This document shows, piece after piece, positions 43,577-53,954 of a stretch of 64,000 nt of DNA. Made by a program: the position numbers and the translations under genes. The stretch is from Clostridia bacterium (GTDB lineage: Bacteria > Bacillota > Clostridia > Christensenellales > UBA3700): NCBI GenBank assembly GCA_029060025.1, contig JAIDUV010000007.1, positions 13,007 to 77,006 of the forward strand, read 5' to 3'. Position 1 is the stretch's first letter; each line of letters starts with the position of its first letter. Below the pieces are notes generated by a model that saw only the letters and a list, made by a program, of their open reading frames with translations, was not told where the DNA came from and did not search any database.

Positions 43577-44098
43577 ATGAGAATTGAAATAATTGCGAGA
43601 AACTACAAACTTACCGACAATTTGGAGGAAATCATCAACAAGAAGATGGAGAAGTTTTCAAGATACTTTGAAGACGACGCCAACGCAAAGATTTTCCTCA
43701 AAGAAACAGGCAAAGAAAGATACGTAATGGAAGTGACGATTTTCTTCGGCAACAATATGGTTAGAAGCGAAGTATCGTCGGACAATATGTATAAGAATAT
43801 AGATTTGGCATTGCCGAAGATAGAAGGACAGATAAGAAAGCATCGCACAAAACTCGGCAAACTCAAAAAGAGCGCTTTGGAAGGCGAGACGATGTACCCT
43901 CAAGCAGAGCAAGTAAAGATGGAAGTCATTCGTACCAAGTCAATGGCTCTCAAGAAGATCGACCTTGAAGAAGCAGTCGAGGATATGGAACTTGTCGATC
44001 ACGATTTCTATATCTTCCTCAACAACACGACCGGCAAAGTCAACGTGCTGTATAAGAGAAAAGCCGGCAACTTAGGCTGTATAGAAGTCGACGCATAG
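43577..44098 (+). CDS. hpf: Ribosome hibernation-promoting factor (long HPF)
   Basis: MRIEIIARNYKLTDNLEEII...KIEGQIRKHRTKL plus a C-terminal dimerisation domain; 173 aa. Confidence 0.85.
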   Translation: MRIEIIARNYKLTDNLEEIINKKMEKFSRYFEDDANAKIFLKETGKERYVMEVTIFFGNNMVRSEVSSDNMYKNIDLALPKIEGQIRKHRTKLGKLKKSALEGETMYPQAEQVKMEVIRTKSMALKKIDLEEAVEDMELVDHDFYIFLNNTTGKVNVLYKRKAGNLGCIEVDA

Positions 44099-44121
44099 TA
44101 AAGTTAAATATTCTTAATTCG

Positions 44122-44153
44122 CTCCCTTCTCGCTTGACGAGAGGGGAGTTTTT
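44122..44153 (+). terminator. Intrinsic terminator after hpf
   Basis: ctcccttctcg-cttga-cgagaggggag followed by TTTTT. Confidence 0.7.
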
Positions 44154-44172
44154 ACGTACCTCGATATTTAAT

Positions 44173-44254
44173 GTCACCTCGATAATGCTTTGTCACCTAG
44201 AGCGAAGTCGAGAGGTCTAATCTGTTGAGATTTCTCCACTACGGTCGAAATAAC
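44173..44254. repeat. Family-1 repeat cluster (B-type + units, short A-type - unit)
   Basis: gtcacctagagcgaagtcgagaggtct (44192-44218) faces gagatttctccactacggtcgaaataac (44227-44254). Confidence 0.8.
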
Positions 44255-44509
44255 AAGATAATAAAGAAGTGAAAATAGAATAGTGAAGTTGCGGATAATT
44301 ATCATTTATATTACTTTTATCTTTTATCTATTATCTTTTAATTCTCTATTTTCTCAACCGAAGACACTATGCTGCGTCATACAAGCGTGTACTATTAAGA
44401 CTACGCATAATATATTTAAATAATTATATTTATTTTATTGTCTTTTTGGAAATTTTGTAGTAAACTTATTTTGAAAAATAATGGAGAAGTATTACTGATA
44501 GAGGACAAT

Positions 44510-47500
44510 ATGAGAAAAAAATCTTTGATTATTGCATTGATTATAGTAATCGTCGCATTGCTCGCAGGGCTTGGGGCGTGTTCTACTTTAACCAACAATA
44601 TCAAGATTCAAGACAACGTAGTATCGCGTTTTGGCGACGGCTTTGCGGTGCTTTCTACCAATCTTGCTCCCAGGACGGCTCAAGAATACAAGGACGTACA
44701 GCGCGTCACTGCCAAAGTCAATGTCGATGCAAGAATGAGCGGTTACCATATCACGGGATTGTATTTGCCTGCGGGCGAGTCGTTGACTATCACCGTGCCC
44801 AACACCGTAAGGCTAAATTATTATTCGGTATTTGTAGACACATATTCTACTGAGAGAAGGGTATCAAAATATATCTCCAACGTGACTACAGAGTTGACTT
44901 CGCCTACCGGAGGAATAGTAGAGATATTCGTGCCGGCGAGTGACGACTTGACGAGCGAGTCTGCCAACGCTTCTTTCAATATGACTATTGAAGGCGGTAT
45001 CGTCATTCCTTATTATAGACTCGGCAGAGATTCTTTGACGCAGATAGAGCAAGGAGACGGCGCTTACGCCGTACTTGACTGCGTAAATACTAGATTTTAC
45101 GTCCCAACTTCGGCGCTTTATGACGAAGACAAAAAAAGCAAGATTGACGATCTTTACAACGTGCTATTGTGGTGGCAGTCTGCCGTATCTTTCATAAATG
45201 AGACGCTTGGCATTGCCAGCAGTTCAAGAGACTATACGTCGAGTATAGTATTTGGAGATTATTCGTCAATTTCTTACGATTCGACGGTGCGCGTAACGTA
45301 TGCGCCTATTTCATATTTTTCCAAGACTTTGTTTTACAGTAATTTGCTAGAAGGCGAAGCGTGGGATCTTTTGTTTAATATTTGCGACTACAAGACAAGA
45401 GTTGCAGGAGGAGAAGTAGGCGGTATTATTTCGCAAGAATCGCTTATAAATATACTGTGCGCAGTAGACCACGTCGTAATGACCAATCCGAGCGAAGAGT
45501 CTCACAACGGTATCAACTGGCTTCACGATTCTTATTCTTGCTTGATGGGTACGTTGGAAATTCTTCGTCTTCCAAGCGCGGAGATAATGCAAAATCACCA
45601 AGAAGATTTGGCAATGGCGTTTTTTATCAACATATTGCACAGTTTTGGACTTGATAAGACGATAGAGATAATATCCGAGTATCGCAAAGAGACTGAGCCT
45701 CTTGACATTGACGGCTACGCGCTTTTGATAAGTTCGGTTTTGAGAGCCGATATGAGTATGTATTTTGACACTTTCCAACTGCCGCTTACGCAGGAGACGA
45801 AGAACAAGATGTCGGGCAACCAACTTTATGTGCCGGTGCAGACATTGTTTACCGTGGGAAGCGAAGCCAATAGTTACAACCTTGGCTACACCGTGGCAAT
45901 GGGCGAGAAAGCGGTCTTTGACTTTGAGGAAAACATAGTATCAGTTGTTGAAGGTTGGAAGGTAGAGAAGGTAGAGGGCAAGCACTCGCATCTTTGGAGT
46001 AAAGACAAGGAAAGACAAGGCGTGTATTATTATACTCCCAGCCAGGACTCGCTGATTGACGAGTTTTACGTTACGCTTTCCAACGGAGATTACACAGTCA
46101 CGCTTTACGGCAAAATCAACGTGCTTATTACAGTTGCCACTTACAAGATTTACGAGGGATGGAAGTTTGACAATCCTTCGACCGCGCTTGCCGAGGCTAT
46201 TGACTCTTACGAAAAGCGTTCGCCCGATTACGTCGGCAGCATAGATTTTGCAGGAGTACGCCGTCGCGCGGAAGTAGATACCAGTATTTACGTATTGACA
46301 GTCACAAGCGGTTGTATTCGCGTTCCGCAAAGCGGAAAGTACCGTTTTTATCTACGCAACAACGGTCGTTGCAGAGTAGAGTTTGGCGTGCCTAAGTATA
46401 TGTTTAATATGTTTGACATATCTATACCTTTCTCGGAGTTTACGAGAGGACATTCATACGACATAGACCTTGACGCTGGCACTAACTATTATTTCAATCT
46501 CTACTTGCTCTCCACAAAGGGCGGTTGCGACGCCGCGTTGGGCATAAGATATATCGAGGGCGAAAACGTAGACGACGAGCAAGACTTTGGTATCATAGCG
46601 GACATAGTAGATTCTGATTATTTGGTTTACAACGGTTTATCCGATGACAAGGTAGTCAAGTTTGAGCCGCCTGTGATTTATCCGACCGGTTACGGCTTTA
46701 AGGACGAGTTCTATCAGCCGTACGTTTTGACGGAAGACAACGTGATTTCATATCCCGAGGCTCTTAATGCGTCGAGCGAAATCGAATTTGTCTTTGACGA
46801 ACTCAACAGTTCTTATTACACGGCTTTTGAAAGAAAATCGGAATATGATTTTATATTGAATTTGGACGGCGAGAAGAGGTTGGAATACGTGCAGTTCTTC
46901 GTGCGTAACGTCAGTTCTATGGTGGGCGCGCGCGTCAAGATTTCTGTAGCCAACAACGCTGAATTTTCTGATGCAAGGGAGATAGAACTCAAAGAAAGTC
47001 AAATTACGGCGGGCTTAAATACCTTTATGTTCGACGCCGTCAAGGACAAGTATCTCAAGATTACTTTTTACGCAGACGAGAATTTTGAATGTTCATTTAC
47101 CGACCTCAAGATGGGACAGCATTTTGACGCAAGTCAAATCGTCCCAAACACCTCTTCTAGCATTGCGTATATGGGAGGCTGGTCCGACATAGGCGAATAC
47201 GTCTGCATCAACGGAAGCGTCAGCCAAAGTGTAAATCAAAATTCCGTTATGTCTTTTACCGCGCTTGCGAGACAAATTTGTATATATGGCGTCAAGGATA
47301 GCGGATACGGAAAAATGGATATTTACGTAGACGGCTCAAAAGTCGAGACTGTCGACCTCAATAGCGAAACAACTATGACGGATCAGTTGCTTTTCGCGAT
47401 TGACTTTGACCTTTGGGCAGAGCATACCGTCAAGGTTATGCCGGCAAGCGACGAAGATATTATCAATATAGACTATATCACTTATCTTGCGATAGAAAAG

Positions 47501-47647
47501 GAAGAGATCAGGGAGTACTCGGGATTTTTGTACGCGGTATTTATTCTTCCTGGCGTGATAATAATCGCTTTGATAGGCGCGGCAATTGCCGATTACAGAG
47601 TGAAGAAAAAACGCAATAAAGATAGATTTGGCTCAACGCATAAATGA
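44510..47647 (+). CDS. M60-like paralog lacking the HExxH motif (predicted pseudo-peptidase); lipoprotein signal plus a C-terminal TM anchor
   Basis: Start at MRKKSLIIALIIVIVALLAGLGAC (lipobox). TGLYLPAGE (M60 N-domain). The position aligned to HEYNH reads FNICD (45374-45388) while GGEV is kept. PA14-like, discoidin-like and CBM-like regions run parallel to 31160-35074. C-terminal anchor: VFILPGVIIIALIGAAIADYRVKKKR. Confidence 0.65.
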   Translation: MRKKSLIIALIIVIVALLAGLGACSTLTNNIKIQDNVVSRFGDGFAVLSTNLAPRTAQEYKDVQRVTAKVNVDARMSGYHITGLYLPAGESLTITVPNTVRLNYYSVFVDTYSTERRVSKYISNVTTELTSPTGGIVEIFVPASDDLTSESANASFNMTIEGGIVIPYYRLGRDSLTQIEQGDGAYAVLDCVNTRFYVPTSALYDEDKKSKIDDLYNVLLWWQSAVSFINETLGIASSSRDYTSSIVFGDYSSISYDSTVRVTYAPISYFSKTLFYSNLLEGEAWDLLFNICDYKTRVAGGEVGGIISQESLINILCAVDHVVMTNPSEESHNGINWLHDSYSCLMGTLEILRLPSAEIMQNHQEDLAMAFFINILHSFGLDKTIEIISEYRKETEPLDIDGYALLISSVLRADMSMYFDTFQLPLTQETKNKMSGNQLYVPVQTLFTVGSEANSYNLGYTVAMGEKAVFDFEENIVSVVEGWKVEKVEGKHSHLWSKDKERQGVYYYTPSQDSLIDEFYVTLSNGDYTVTLYGKINVLITVATYKIYEGWKFDNPSTALAEAIDSYEKRSPDYVGSIDFAGVRRRAEVDTSIYVLTVTSGCIRVPQSGKYRFYLRNNGRCRVEFGVPKYMFNMFDISIPFSEFTRGHSYDIDLDAGTNYYFNLYLLSTKGGCDAALGIRYIEGENVDDEQDFGIIADIVDSDYLVYNGLSDDKVVKFEPPVIYPTGYGFKDEFYQPYVLTEDNVISYPEALNASSEIEFVFDELNSSYYTAFERKSEYDFILNLDGEKRLEYVQFFVRNVSSMVGARVKISVANNAEFSDAREIELKESQITAGLNTFMFDAVKDKYLKITFYADENFECSFTDLKMGQHFDASQIVPNTSSSIAYMGGWSDIGEYVCINGSVSQSVNQNSVMSFTALARQICIYGVKDSGYGKMDIYVDGSKVETVDLNSETTMTDQLLFAIDFDLWAEHTVKVMPASDEDIINIDYITYLAIEKEEIREYSGFLYAVFILPGVIIIALIGAAIADYRVKKKRNKDRFGSTHK

Positions 47648-47712
47648 TAAGAGTAAATCGCGTGTGAGCAGAGGAGTCTCAATAAATCAAATTGAAGTGC
47701 AATATTATCTAC

Positions 47713-47754
47713 TAAACAAATACGGCTACCCATCAAAGGATAGCCGTATTTGTT
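47713..47754 (+). terminator. Strong intrinsic terminator (15-bp perfect stem)
   Basis: aaacaaatacggcta ... tagccgtatttgttt. Confidence 0.75.
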
Positions 47755-47954
47755 TATATTGACTTTATGATTTTAGAGAATACAACGCTGTGCTTGAGTG
47801 TTGTGCAAGCAATAAACTTTTTCAGTGGCAGACCAAATTTTGCTGCCATATTTGTCAGAGTGGTGAGTTTTAAAATAAATTTTTTCTTTTGTAAATTAAG
47901 TAAAATGATTTTGTTATATCATTAGGTAGGGGAAGGGACTTGATTGATTAGTTA

Positions 47955-48227
47955 TTATTTTGCTTCCTTGCCTAATGATAAGCCGAAGGAAAATGCCTCT
48001 TTGTACACTTCTTCTATGTGCAACGCATATTCTATTCCCATTGCTTTCTCCATTTCAAAATAGAGGGTCTTCAGTTGGGGATATTTGTCGAGTTTTTGAA
48101 TAAACTCCGATTGCGCTTTCATTGATACCTTTTTGGCTTCTTTGTATTCTTCGCTAAATTCGATATTATCGATATTACCACGTTCGCCTCTGACCATTTG
48201 CAATATTGCTGAGTTTGTAGTGTTCAT
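47955..48227 (-). CDS. Hypothetical 90-aa protein in an AT-rich spacer
   Basis: A GGAGG RBS 7 nt upstream of the ATG. No motif recognised. Confidence 0.5.
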   Translation of the reverse strand: MNTTNSAILQMVRGERGNIDNIEFSEEYKEAKKVSMKAQSEFIQKLDKYPQLKTLYFEMEKAMGIEYALHIEEVYKEAFSFGLSLGKEAK

Positions 48228-48437
48228 ATTTCATCCTCCATTTTTTGTCTATAAACATTATAACCAAGGTTATGACTTGAAGTCAAGCAATAAATATATT
48301 ATTTTTTTCTATTTTTAAAATAAACTTATAGAGATATATTGACTTTGCTTTTAATATTATTTATTCATTATTATCTATATAATTATTATATATCAATATT
48401 ATATAGCAAAAATTTAAAATATTTTGTATCAAAACTA

Positions 48438-48496
48438 TTGACATTCCATATAATTGTAGTATAATTAAATTAGCAGTCGAGGCGGGAGAGTGCTAA
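48438..48496 (+). promoter_or_regulatory. hrcA operon promoter plus CIRCE operator
   Basis: TTGACA (48438-48443), a 16-nt spacer, then TATAAT (48460-48465). CIRCE is TTAGCAGTC-N9-GAGTGCTAA at 48470-48496. Confidence 0.85.
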
Positions 48497-48530
48497 CAGA
48501 CTTTTAAGCCGACTGCCAAACAGGTGGAAA

Positions 48531-49535
48531 ATGAACGACAAACTTACCGATAGAAAGAAAAAAGTTTTGCAAGCATTGGTAGACAGTTATATCACTTCGG
48601 TAGAGCCAATCTCTTCTTCGGATATTCAAAAGAGATATTTGCCGGAGGTGTCCACTGCCACTATAAGGAGCGAATTGTCGCACCTTGAGGAGATGGGTTA
48701 TCTTATTCAGCCGCACGTCAGCGCAGGAAGAGTGCCGTCCTCAAAGGCATATAGGTATTATGTTGACAATTTTATAATCGACGACGATATAGACTTAGAC
48801 GCAATGAAGGAATATTTGGCTCACAAATACGACAGCGTTGCGGAGATAGTCAAGAATGGAGCAAAGATAGTTAGTGACGTCACAAATTATACTTCTTTGC
48901 TTATGATTTCCAACAGCGACACTTTGACGATAAAGGACGTCAAGTTGGTAGATATGTACGACGGTACGGCGCTCGTGCTTATCATTACGGACAGCGGAGT
49001 TATCAAAGACAAAGAGATTCAACTCCCATCGTCGGAAGACAACTATATAGAATCTGCCAACAGTCTGCTTGGCAAATGCTTTGCAGGCAAGACGCTTTCG
49101 CAGATACTTTCCACACACGTGGATTTGGATAGCGAACTCAATGCGTTCAAGCAGATATTTGAAGACGTGATAGACTTGCTCGGCGAGTACAAAAAGAGCA
49201 GAGACGGTCAACTTTACGTTGAGGGCGCCAATAAGATATTTGAGTATCCCGAGGCAAAGAACTATGACAACGTCAAAAATTTTATGACAATAGTTGGCAA
49301 GAAAGACAAACTCAAAGAACTAATGAGCGCAGACGGAAACATAGAGTTTTCTATAAAGATAGGCGCAGAAGAAGGCGAAGGCTTGGATAATATGGCGCTT
49401 GTCAGCGCAAAATACCACGTCAAAGGTAAAGAAGTGGGACAACTGGGCGTAATAGGTCCCGAGAGAATGGACTATAAAAGAGTGCTTACGGTGTTGAAAC
49501 ACTTGGGCAAACTTATAGATAAATTAGACGATTAA
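48531..49535 (+). CDS. hrcA: Heat-inducible transcription repressor HrcA
   Basis: LTDRKKKVLQALVDSYITSVEPISS...ATIRSELSHLEEMGYL. Positioned before grpE-dnaK-dnaJ. Confidence 0.9.
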   Translation: MNDKLTDRKKKVLQALVDSYITSVEPISSSDIQKRYLPEVSTATIRSELSHLEEMGYLIQPHVSAGRVPSSKAYRYYVDNFIIDDDIDLDAMKEYLAHKYDSVAEIVKNGAKIVSDVTNYTSLLMISNSDTLTIKDVKLVDMYDGTALVLIITDSGVIKDKEIQLPSSEDNYIESANSLLGKCFAGKTLSQILSTHVDLDSELNAFKQIFEDVIDLLGEYKKSRDGQLYVEGANKIFEYPEAKNYDNVKNFMTIVGKKDKLKELMSADGNIEFSIKIGAEEGEGLDNMALVSAKYHVKGKEVGQLGVIGPERMDYKRVLTVLKHLGKLIDKLDD

Positions 49536-49550
49536 GAGGAGGAGAGAACA

Positions 49551-50093
49551 TTGAAATTCAAAAAGGGTCAACCTGAAAACGGCGAAGAATTTAGCGAAGC
49601 AGTCAACGAAGAAGAGGTATTGGAGTTCAACCCCAACTTACCGTCGGACGAAGCGCAACAAGAGCAAGTCTCAAGCGGAGATACAAAATATGACGAACTT
49701 TACGCGCAATATGTCAGGTTGCAGGCCGACTTTGATAATTTCAGAAAGCGTAACTCCTCTACGGCAAGCGTGATGTACGCAAGCGGTATCAATGATATGC
49801 TAGTTGAGGTATTGCCTGTCATAGATTATTTGGATATGGCTATAGAAGCGCAAAAGGACGAAGAACAGCGCAAGGGTATCGAACTTGTCAAGAATGCTTT
49901 TATGGACGTCATCACAAAGAGAGGCGTCAAAGAAATGGGCGCGGTTGGCGAAGTGTTTGACCCAAATATGCACGAAGCGGTATTCAAGGTGCAAGACGAA
50001 CAAAACGCAGGTAAGATTGTTGACATAGTCAAGAAGGGCTATGCAAAAGAAGACAAGATATTGAGACACGCAATGGTAGTCGTTGCGGAGTAA
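49551..50093 (+). CDS. grpE: Nucleotide exchange factor GrpE
   Basis: TTG start behind GAGGAGG. Motifs YVRLQADFDNFRKR and VKKGYAKEDKILRHAMVVV. Confidence 0.9.
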   Translation: MKFKKGQPENGEEFSEAVNEEEVLEFNPNLPSDEAQQEQVSSGDTKYDELYAQYVRLQADFDNFRKRNSSTASVMYASGINDMLVEVLPVIDYLDMAIEAQKDEEQRKGIELVKNAFMDVITKRGVKEMGAVGEVFDPNMHEAVFKVQDEQNAGKIVDIVKKGYAKEDKILRHAMVVVAE

Positions 50094-50161
50094 AATAGCA
50101 AAACTCAAGCCACAGGCTTGACATTATAAAGAAAAACTTTTTTAAGGAGATATAAATTATT

Positions 50162-51979
50162 ATGAGTAAGATTATCGGTATTGACCTCGGTACTACCAAC
50201 TCTTGCGTGGCCATTATGGAAGGCGGCGAGGCAGTAGTTATTCCAAATCCGGAAGGCGCGAGAACTACGCCGTCGGTAGTAGGCTTTACAAAAGACGGAG
50301 AGCGTCTCGTCGGTCAAACTGCAAAAAGACAGGCAGTTGCCAATGCAAACAGAACTGTTTCTTCAATCAAGAGACATATGGGTAGCGACTATAGAGTAAA
50401 AATTGACGATAAGTCATACAGCCCTCAAGAGATAAGCGCAATGGTCTTGACCAAACTCAAGCAGGACGCAGAAGCATATATTGGAGAAAAGGTTACGCAG
50501 GCGGTCATTACCGTACCGGCATACTTCACAGATTCTCAAAGACAGGCTACTAAGGACGCCGGTAAGATCGCAGGACTTGAAGTCTTGAGAATTATCAACG
50601 AGCCTACGGCGGCTGCGCTTGCTTACGGTCTTGACAAGGGCGACAGCAAGGGACAAAAAGTATTGATTTACGACCTTGGCGGCGGTACTTTCGACGTATC
50701 TATCCTTGAGATCGACGGCGGCGTATTTGAAGTACTTGCAACAAGCGGCGACAATATGCTCGGCGGCGACGACTTCGACAAGAAGATTATGGATTATATC
50801 ACAAGCGATTTCAAGGCTAAAGAGGGTATTGATCTCACCAAGGACGCCGCAACTATGCACAGAATTAAGGAAGCGGCAGAAAAGGCAAAGATTGAACTTT
50901 CCGGTATGACCAAGACTGCTATCAATATTCCTTATATCACTATGGTAGACGGTGTGCCTAAGCACGTGGATATGGAACTCACCAAGGCAAAATTCGATTC
51001 CTTGACGAGCGACCTCGTAGACAGAACTCTTATTCCGCTCAAGAAGGCTCTTTCGGACGCAGGATTGACGGCAAAAGACCTTGCAAAGATAATTCTCGTA
51101 GGCGGTTCTACAAGAATACCGGCAGTAGTAGACGCAGTTCGCAAAGTTACCGGCAAAGAGCCGTTTAAGGGTATCAACCCTGACGAGTGCGTAGCGCTTG
51201 GCGCGGCAATTCAAGGCGGCGTACTTGCAGGCGACGTAAAGGACGTAGTGCTTTTGGACGTAACTCCGCTTTCGCTCGGTATCGAGACAATGGGCGGCGT
51301 ATTTACAAAACTCATCGAGCGTAACACCACGATACCTACTTCCAAATCGCAGGTATTCTCGACGGCAGCCAACAATCAGACTGCAGTTGACATCAGAGTT
51401 CTCCAAGGCGAGAGATCTATGGCAAACGACAATAAAGAACTCGGAAGATTCCAACTCGACGGCATTCCGCCGGCACCGAGAGGTATTCCGCAAATCGAAG
51501 TTACCTTTGATATCGACGCCAACGGTATCGTTAATGTTACGGCGGTAGACAAGGGCACCGGCAAGAAGCAATCAGTCACTATCACTTCTTCCACCAATCT
51601 TTCTGAAGACCAAATCGACGCCGCTGTAAAAGAGGCAGAGAAGTATGCTGAAGAAGACAAGAAGCGCAAAGACCTCGTAGACGCAAAGAATGACGCAGAC
51701 CAAATGATTTACGCTACTGAAAAGGCTTTGGAAGAGAGCGCTGACAAGTTGACCGAAGAAGAAAAGACGACTTTGAAAGAAGCCGTAGAAAAGGCAAAGA
51801 AAGACCTTGCAGATGCAAATGACGCGGAGACCGTAAGAAATATCACTGACGAAATGACCAAGTCAAACGCTCCTATCTTCACGAGACTTTATCAAATGGC
51901 TCAAGAAGAGGCAACCAAAAACTCCGATCCTAACGGTGACGGCGCAGTAGACCCGGACGATATTATTATCGACAACTAA
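50162..51979 (+). CDS. dnaK: Molecular chaperone DnaK (Hsp70)
   Basis: [39 protein letters not shown]. Confidence 0.97.
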   Translation: MSKIIGIDLGTTNSCVAIMEGGEAVVIPNPEGARTTPSVVGFTKDGERLVGQTAKRQAVANANRTVSSIKRHMGSDYRVKIDDKSYSPQEISAMVLTKLKQDAEAYIGEKVTQAVITVPAYFTDSQRQATKDAGKIAGLEVLRIINEPTAAALAYGLDKGDSKGQKVLIYDLGGGTFDVSILEIDGGVFEVLATSGDNMLGGDDFDKKIMDYITSDFKAKEGIDLTKDAATMHRIKEAAEKAKIELSGMTKTAINIPYITMVDGVPKHVDMELTKAKFDSLTSDLVDRTLIPLKKALSDAGLTAKDLAKIILVGGSTRIPAVVDAVRKVTGKEPFKGINPDECVALGAAIQGGVLAGDVKDVVLLDVTPLSLGIETMGGVFTKLIERNTTIPTSKSQVFSTAANNQTAVDIRVLQGERSMANDNKELGRFQLDGIPPAPRGIPQIEVTFDIDANGIVNVTAVDKGTGKKQSVTITSSTNLSEDQIDAAVKEAEKYAEEDKKRKDLVDAKNDADQMIYATEKALEESADKLTEEEKTTLKEAVEKAKKDLADANDAETVRNITDEMTKSNAPIFTRLYQMAQEEATKNSDPNGDGAVDPDDIIIDN

Positions 51980-52050
51980 TTATCAATTAAAATATATGAT
52001 TATGCCACCGACCTCGCGGGGTCAGTGGCATAGTTGCGAAAAAGGAAAAT

Positions 52051-53184
52051 ATGGCAAAAGACTTATACGAAATATTAGGCGTATCCAAGACGGCAAGTGA
52101 CGATGAGATAAAGAAGGCTTATCGAAAACTTGCTATAACTTTGCACCCGGACAGATTTGCGAATGCAACTGACAAAGAAAAGAAGGACGCAGAAGAGAAG
52201 TTTAAAGAAATCAACAAGGCTTATGAAGTGCTTGGAGATAAAGAAAAGAGAGCAAATTACGACAAGTACGGCACTGAAGACGGCTCGCAAGGCTTTGGCG
52301 GCGCAGGCGGTTTTGAGGGCGGCTTCGGCGGCTTTGAAGATATTCTTTCTTCTATCTTCAACGGAAGCGGAGGTTTTGGTAGGCGTAATCCTAATGAGCC
52401 TAAGCAAGGCGAAGATATTCACGTCAAAATCAATTTGACTTTTGAAGAGGCTTACAACGGCGTAACCAAGACTATCAGACTCAACAGAGACGAGCCTTGC
52501 GCAACCTGTAAAGGCACAGGCGCAAAGGACGCTTCGTCAATAAGAGTGTGTCCATACTGTAAGGGTACGGGTACCGTTCGCAAAAACCAACAGACGCTCT
52601 TCGGTCAGCAGGTCGTGCAGACAATGTGTACCAATTGCGGCGGCAAAGGTAGAATTATAAGCGAAAAATGCGTCACCTGTCGCGGCAATGGCTATACTCG
52701 TAAAGAAGCCAACGTTAAAGTCAATGTGCCCGCAGGTGTTGACAATGGCGTGTCTATGACCTTGAGAGGCGAGGGACACAATGGACAGAACGGCGGAGCA
52801 AAGGGCAATCTCGTAATCGCGGTAGGCGTAATGCCAAGCGACAAGTTTAAGAGAGTAGGCAACGACCTCTATATGGATTTGCCGATAGGCTTTTACGACG
52901 TGGCGTGCGGCTGCGAAATCAACATAGACACTATGAAGGGCGAAGCAAAGTGCAAGATACCGGAGGCCACGCAGGCCGGTACCAAGATAAGACTCAAGGG
53001 CTACGGTATGAAAGTCTTGCAAAAAGACGCTTATGGAGATTTGTACGTAGTAGTCAAAGTTGAGACGCCAAAGGGCTTGAGTTCTAAGCAACTCAAACTT
53101 CTCAAAGCATTTGAAGACAGCCTTTCGGATTCTCAATATCCTCAACTCAAGAAGTGCAAGAAAGGCGGATTTTTCAGCAAGTAG
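52051..53184 (+). CDS. dnaJ: Molecular chaperone DnaJ
   Basis: J-domain with HPD (LHPDRF), a G/F-rich linker and four CxxCxGxG zinc motifs. Confidence 0.95.
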   Translation: MAKDLYEILGVSKTASDDEIKKAYRKLAITLHPDRFANATDKEKKDAEEKFKEINKAYEVLGDKEKRANYDKYGTEDGSQGFGGAGGFEGGFGGFEDILSSIFNGSGGFGRRNPNEPKQGEDIHVKINLTFEEAYNGVTKTIRLNRDEPCATCKGTGAKDASSIRVCPYCKGTGTVRKNQQTLFGQQVVQTMCTNCGGKGRIISEKCVTCRGNGYTRKEANVKVNVPAGVDNGVSMTLRGEGHNGQNGGAKGNLVIAVGVMPSDKFKRVGNDLYMDLPIGFYDVACGCEINIDTMKGEAKCKIPEATQAGTKIRLKGYGMKVLQKDAYGDLYVVVKVETPKGLSSKQLKLLKAFEDSLSDSQYPQLKKCKKGGFFSK

Positions 53185-53206
53185 GTAGTTTGACTCAAAG
53201 AGAAGC

Positions 53207-53261
53207 GTTGCAATTTTACACGGCAATAATGCTTCCTCTACATATTCAAACTCACTTGACG
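53207..53261 (+). repeat. 55-bp repeat copy B (diverged family-2 member), upstream flank of the T-box
   Basis: gttgcaattttacacggcaataatgcttcctctacatattcaaactcacttgacg. About 47/55 positions are identical to 53613-53667. Confidence 0.75.
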
Positions 53262-53301
53262 TTGACAAAATTTGTTATGCTGCAAAATTTTCACAAAACA
53301 C

Positions 53302-53330
53302 TTGACAACATAATAAATATATACTAAACT
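53302..53330 (+). promoter_or_regulatory. Promoter of the T-box leader
   Basis: TTGACA (53302-53307), a 17-nt spacer, then TAAACT (53325-53330). Confidence 0.45.
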
Positions 53331-53369
53331 ATATCCATATCTTAATATTAAAGACAATGACAAGGAATA

Positions 53370-53590
53370 TTAACTTTTGAGTCTTTGCAGAGAACTGTCG
53401 GTCGGTGTGAGACAGTAAGATAAAGAAAGCCAACTCGCCTTTGAGTCGCCTCTTTGAAACATAGTAAAAGAGTGTCGGGTAAGCCCGTTATAGCGTTGAG
53501 GTATCGTAAATCGGTGATTGCCGTGGATATGAAAAAGAGTGGTACAGCGGACGTGTTCGCCTCTTGCAATAAAGCAAGAGGCGTTTTTTT
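53370..53590 (+). promoter_or_regulatory. T-box riboswitch leader with terminator/antiterminator
   Basis: Stem I has an AGAGA bay (53389-53393) and a GGTGTGAG distal loop (53404-53411). The T-box sequence AAAAAGAGTGGTACAGCGG (53532-53550) can pair with the 5' arm of the terminator cgcctcttgc-aataaa-gcaagaggcg+T7 (53558-53590). The UGGU bulge fits a tRNA with discriminator A. Confidence 0.8.
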
Positions 53591-53612
53591 GTAGCGTTGG
53601 GAGAGAATAGGT

Positions 53613-53667
53613 GTCGCAATTTTGCACGGCAATATTGCTTCCCATACGTCTTCAAACTCACTTGACG
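53613..53667 (+). repeat. 55-bp repeat copy A, downstream flank of the T-box
   Basis: gtcgcaattttgcacggcaatattgcttcccatacgtcttcaaactcacttgacg. Confidence 0.75.
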
Positions 53668-53778
53668 TACAGCAAGTACGTCTGCACTCGTTTTCATCGT
53701 ATAGAAAACATTCTTACTCGTGAAAATCTTGCGCCACTATTTTCTATCCCAACGTAAGCGTATATGAGGAGCAAATTT

Positions 53779-53816
53779 GTCATTTCGACCGAAGCAGAGC
53801 GAAGTGGAGAAATCTC
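53779..53816 (+). repeat. Family-1 repeat, long A-type unit (near-consensus)
   Basis: gtcatttcgaccgaagcagagcgaagtggagaaatctc. Confidence 0.9.
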
Positions 53817-53954
53817 AACCGCTAAAAATTGAGATAAACAAACAAAAAATAAATGCGACTGTATAATATATTTTAATAAAGAGCGAAGCGCTTTGAGCAA
53901 GGATTAAACTTATTAAAAAATATTATTTAGGAGCAGTAAAAAAAGGAGCATAGT

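Noticed and set aside
44260-44400. An AT-rich tract with reiterated TTATCT(T/A)TT motifs upstream of the second M60-like gene, as a possible regulatory repeat array.
   Set aside because: It is short, degenerate and low-complexity, with no defined periodicity or conserved partner elsewhere in the window.
53348-53900. Minus-strand ORFs of 68-94 aa across the T-box and repeat region (53348-53632, 53370-53645, 53488-53697, 53694-53900).
   Set aside because: They overlap a recognisable T-box leader and dispersed repeats (EISPLRSASVEMT is a translated family-1 unit). No RBS is present.
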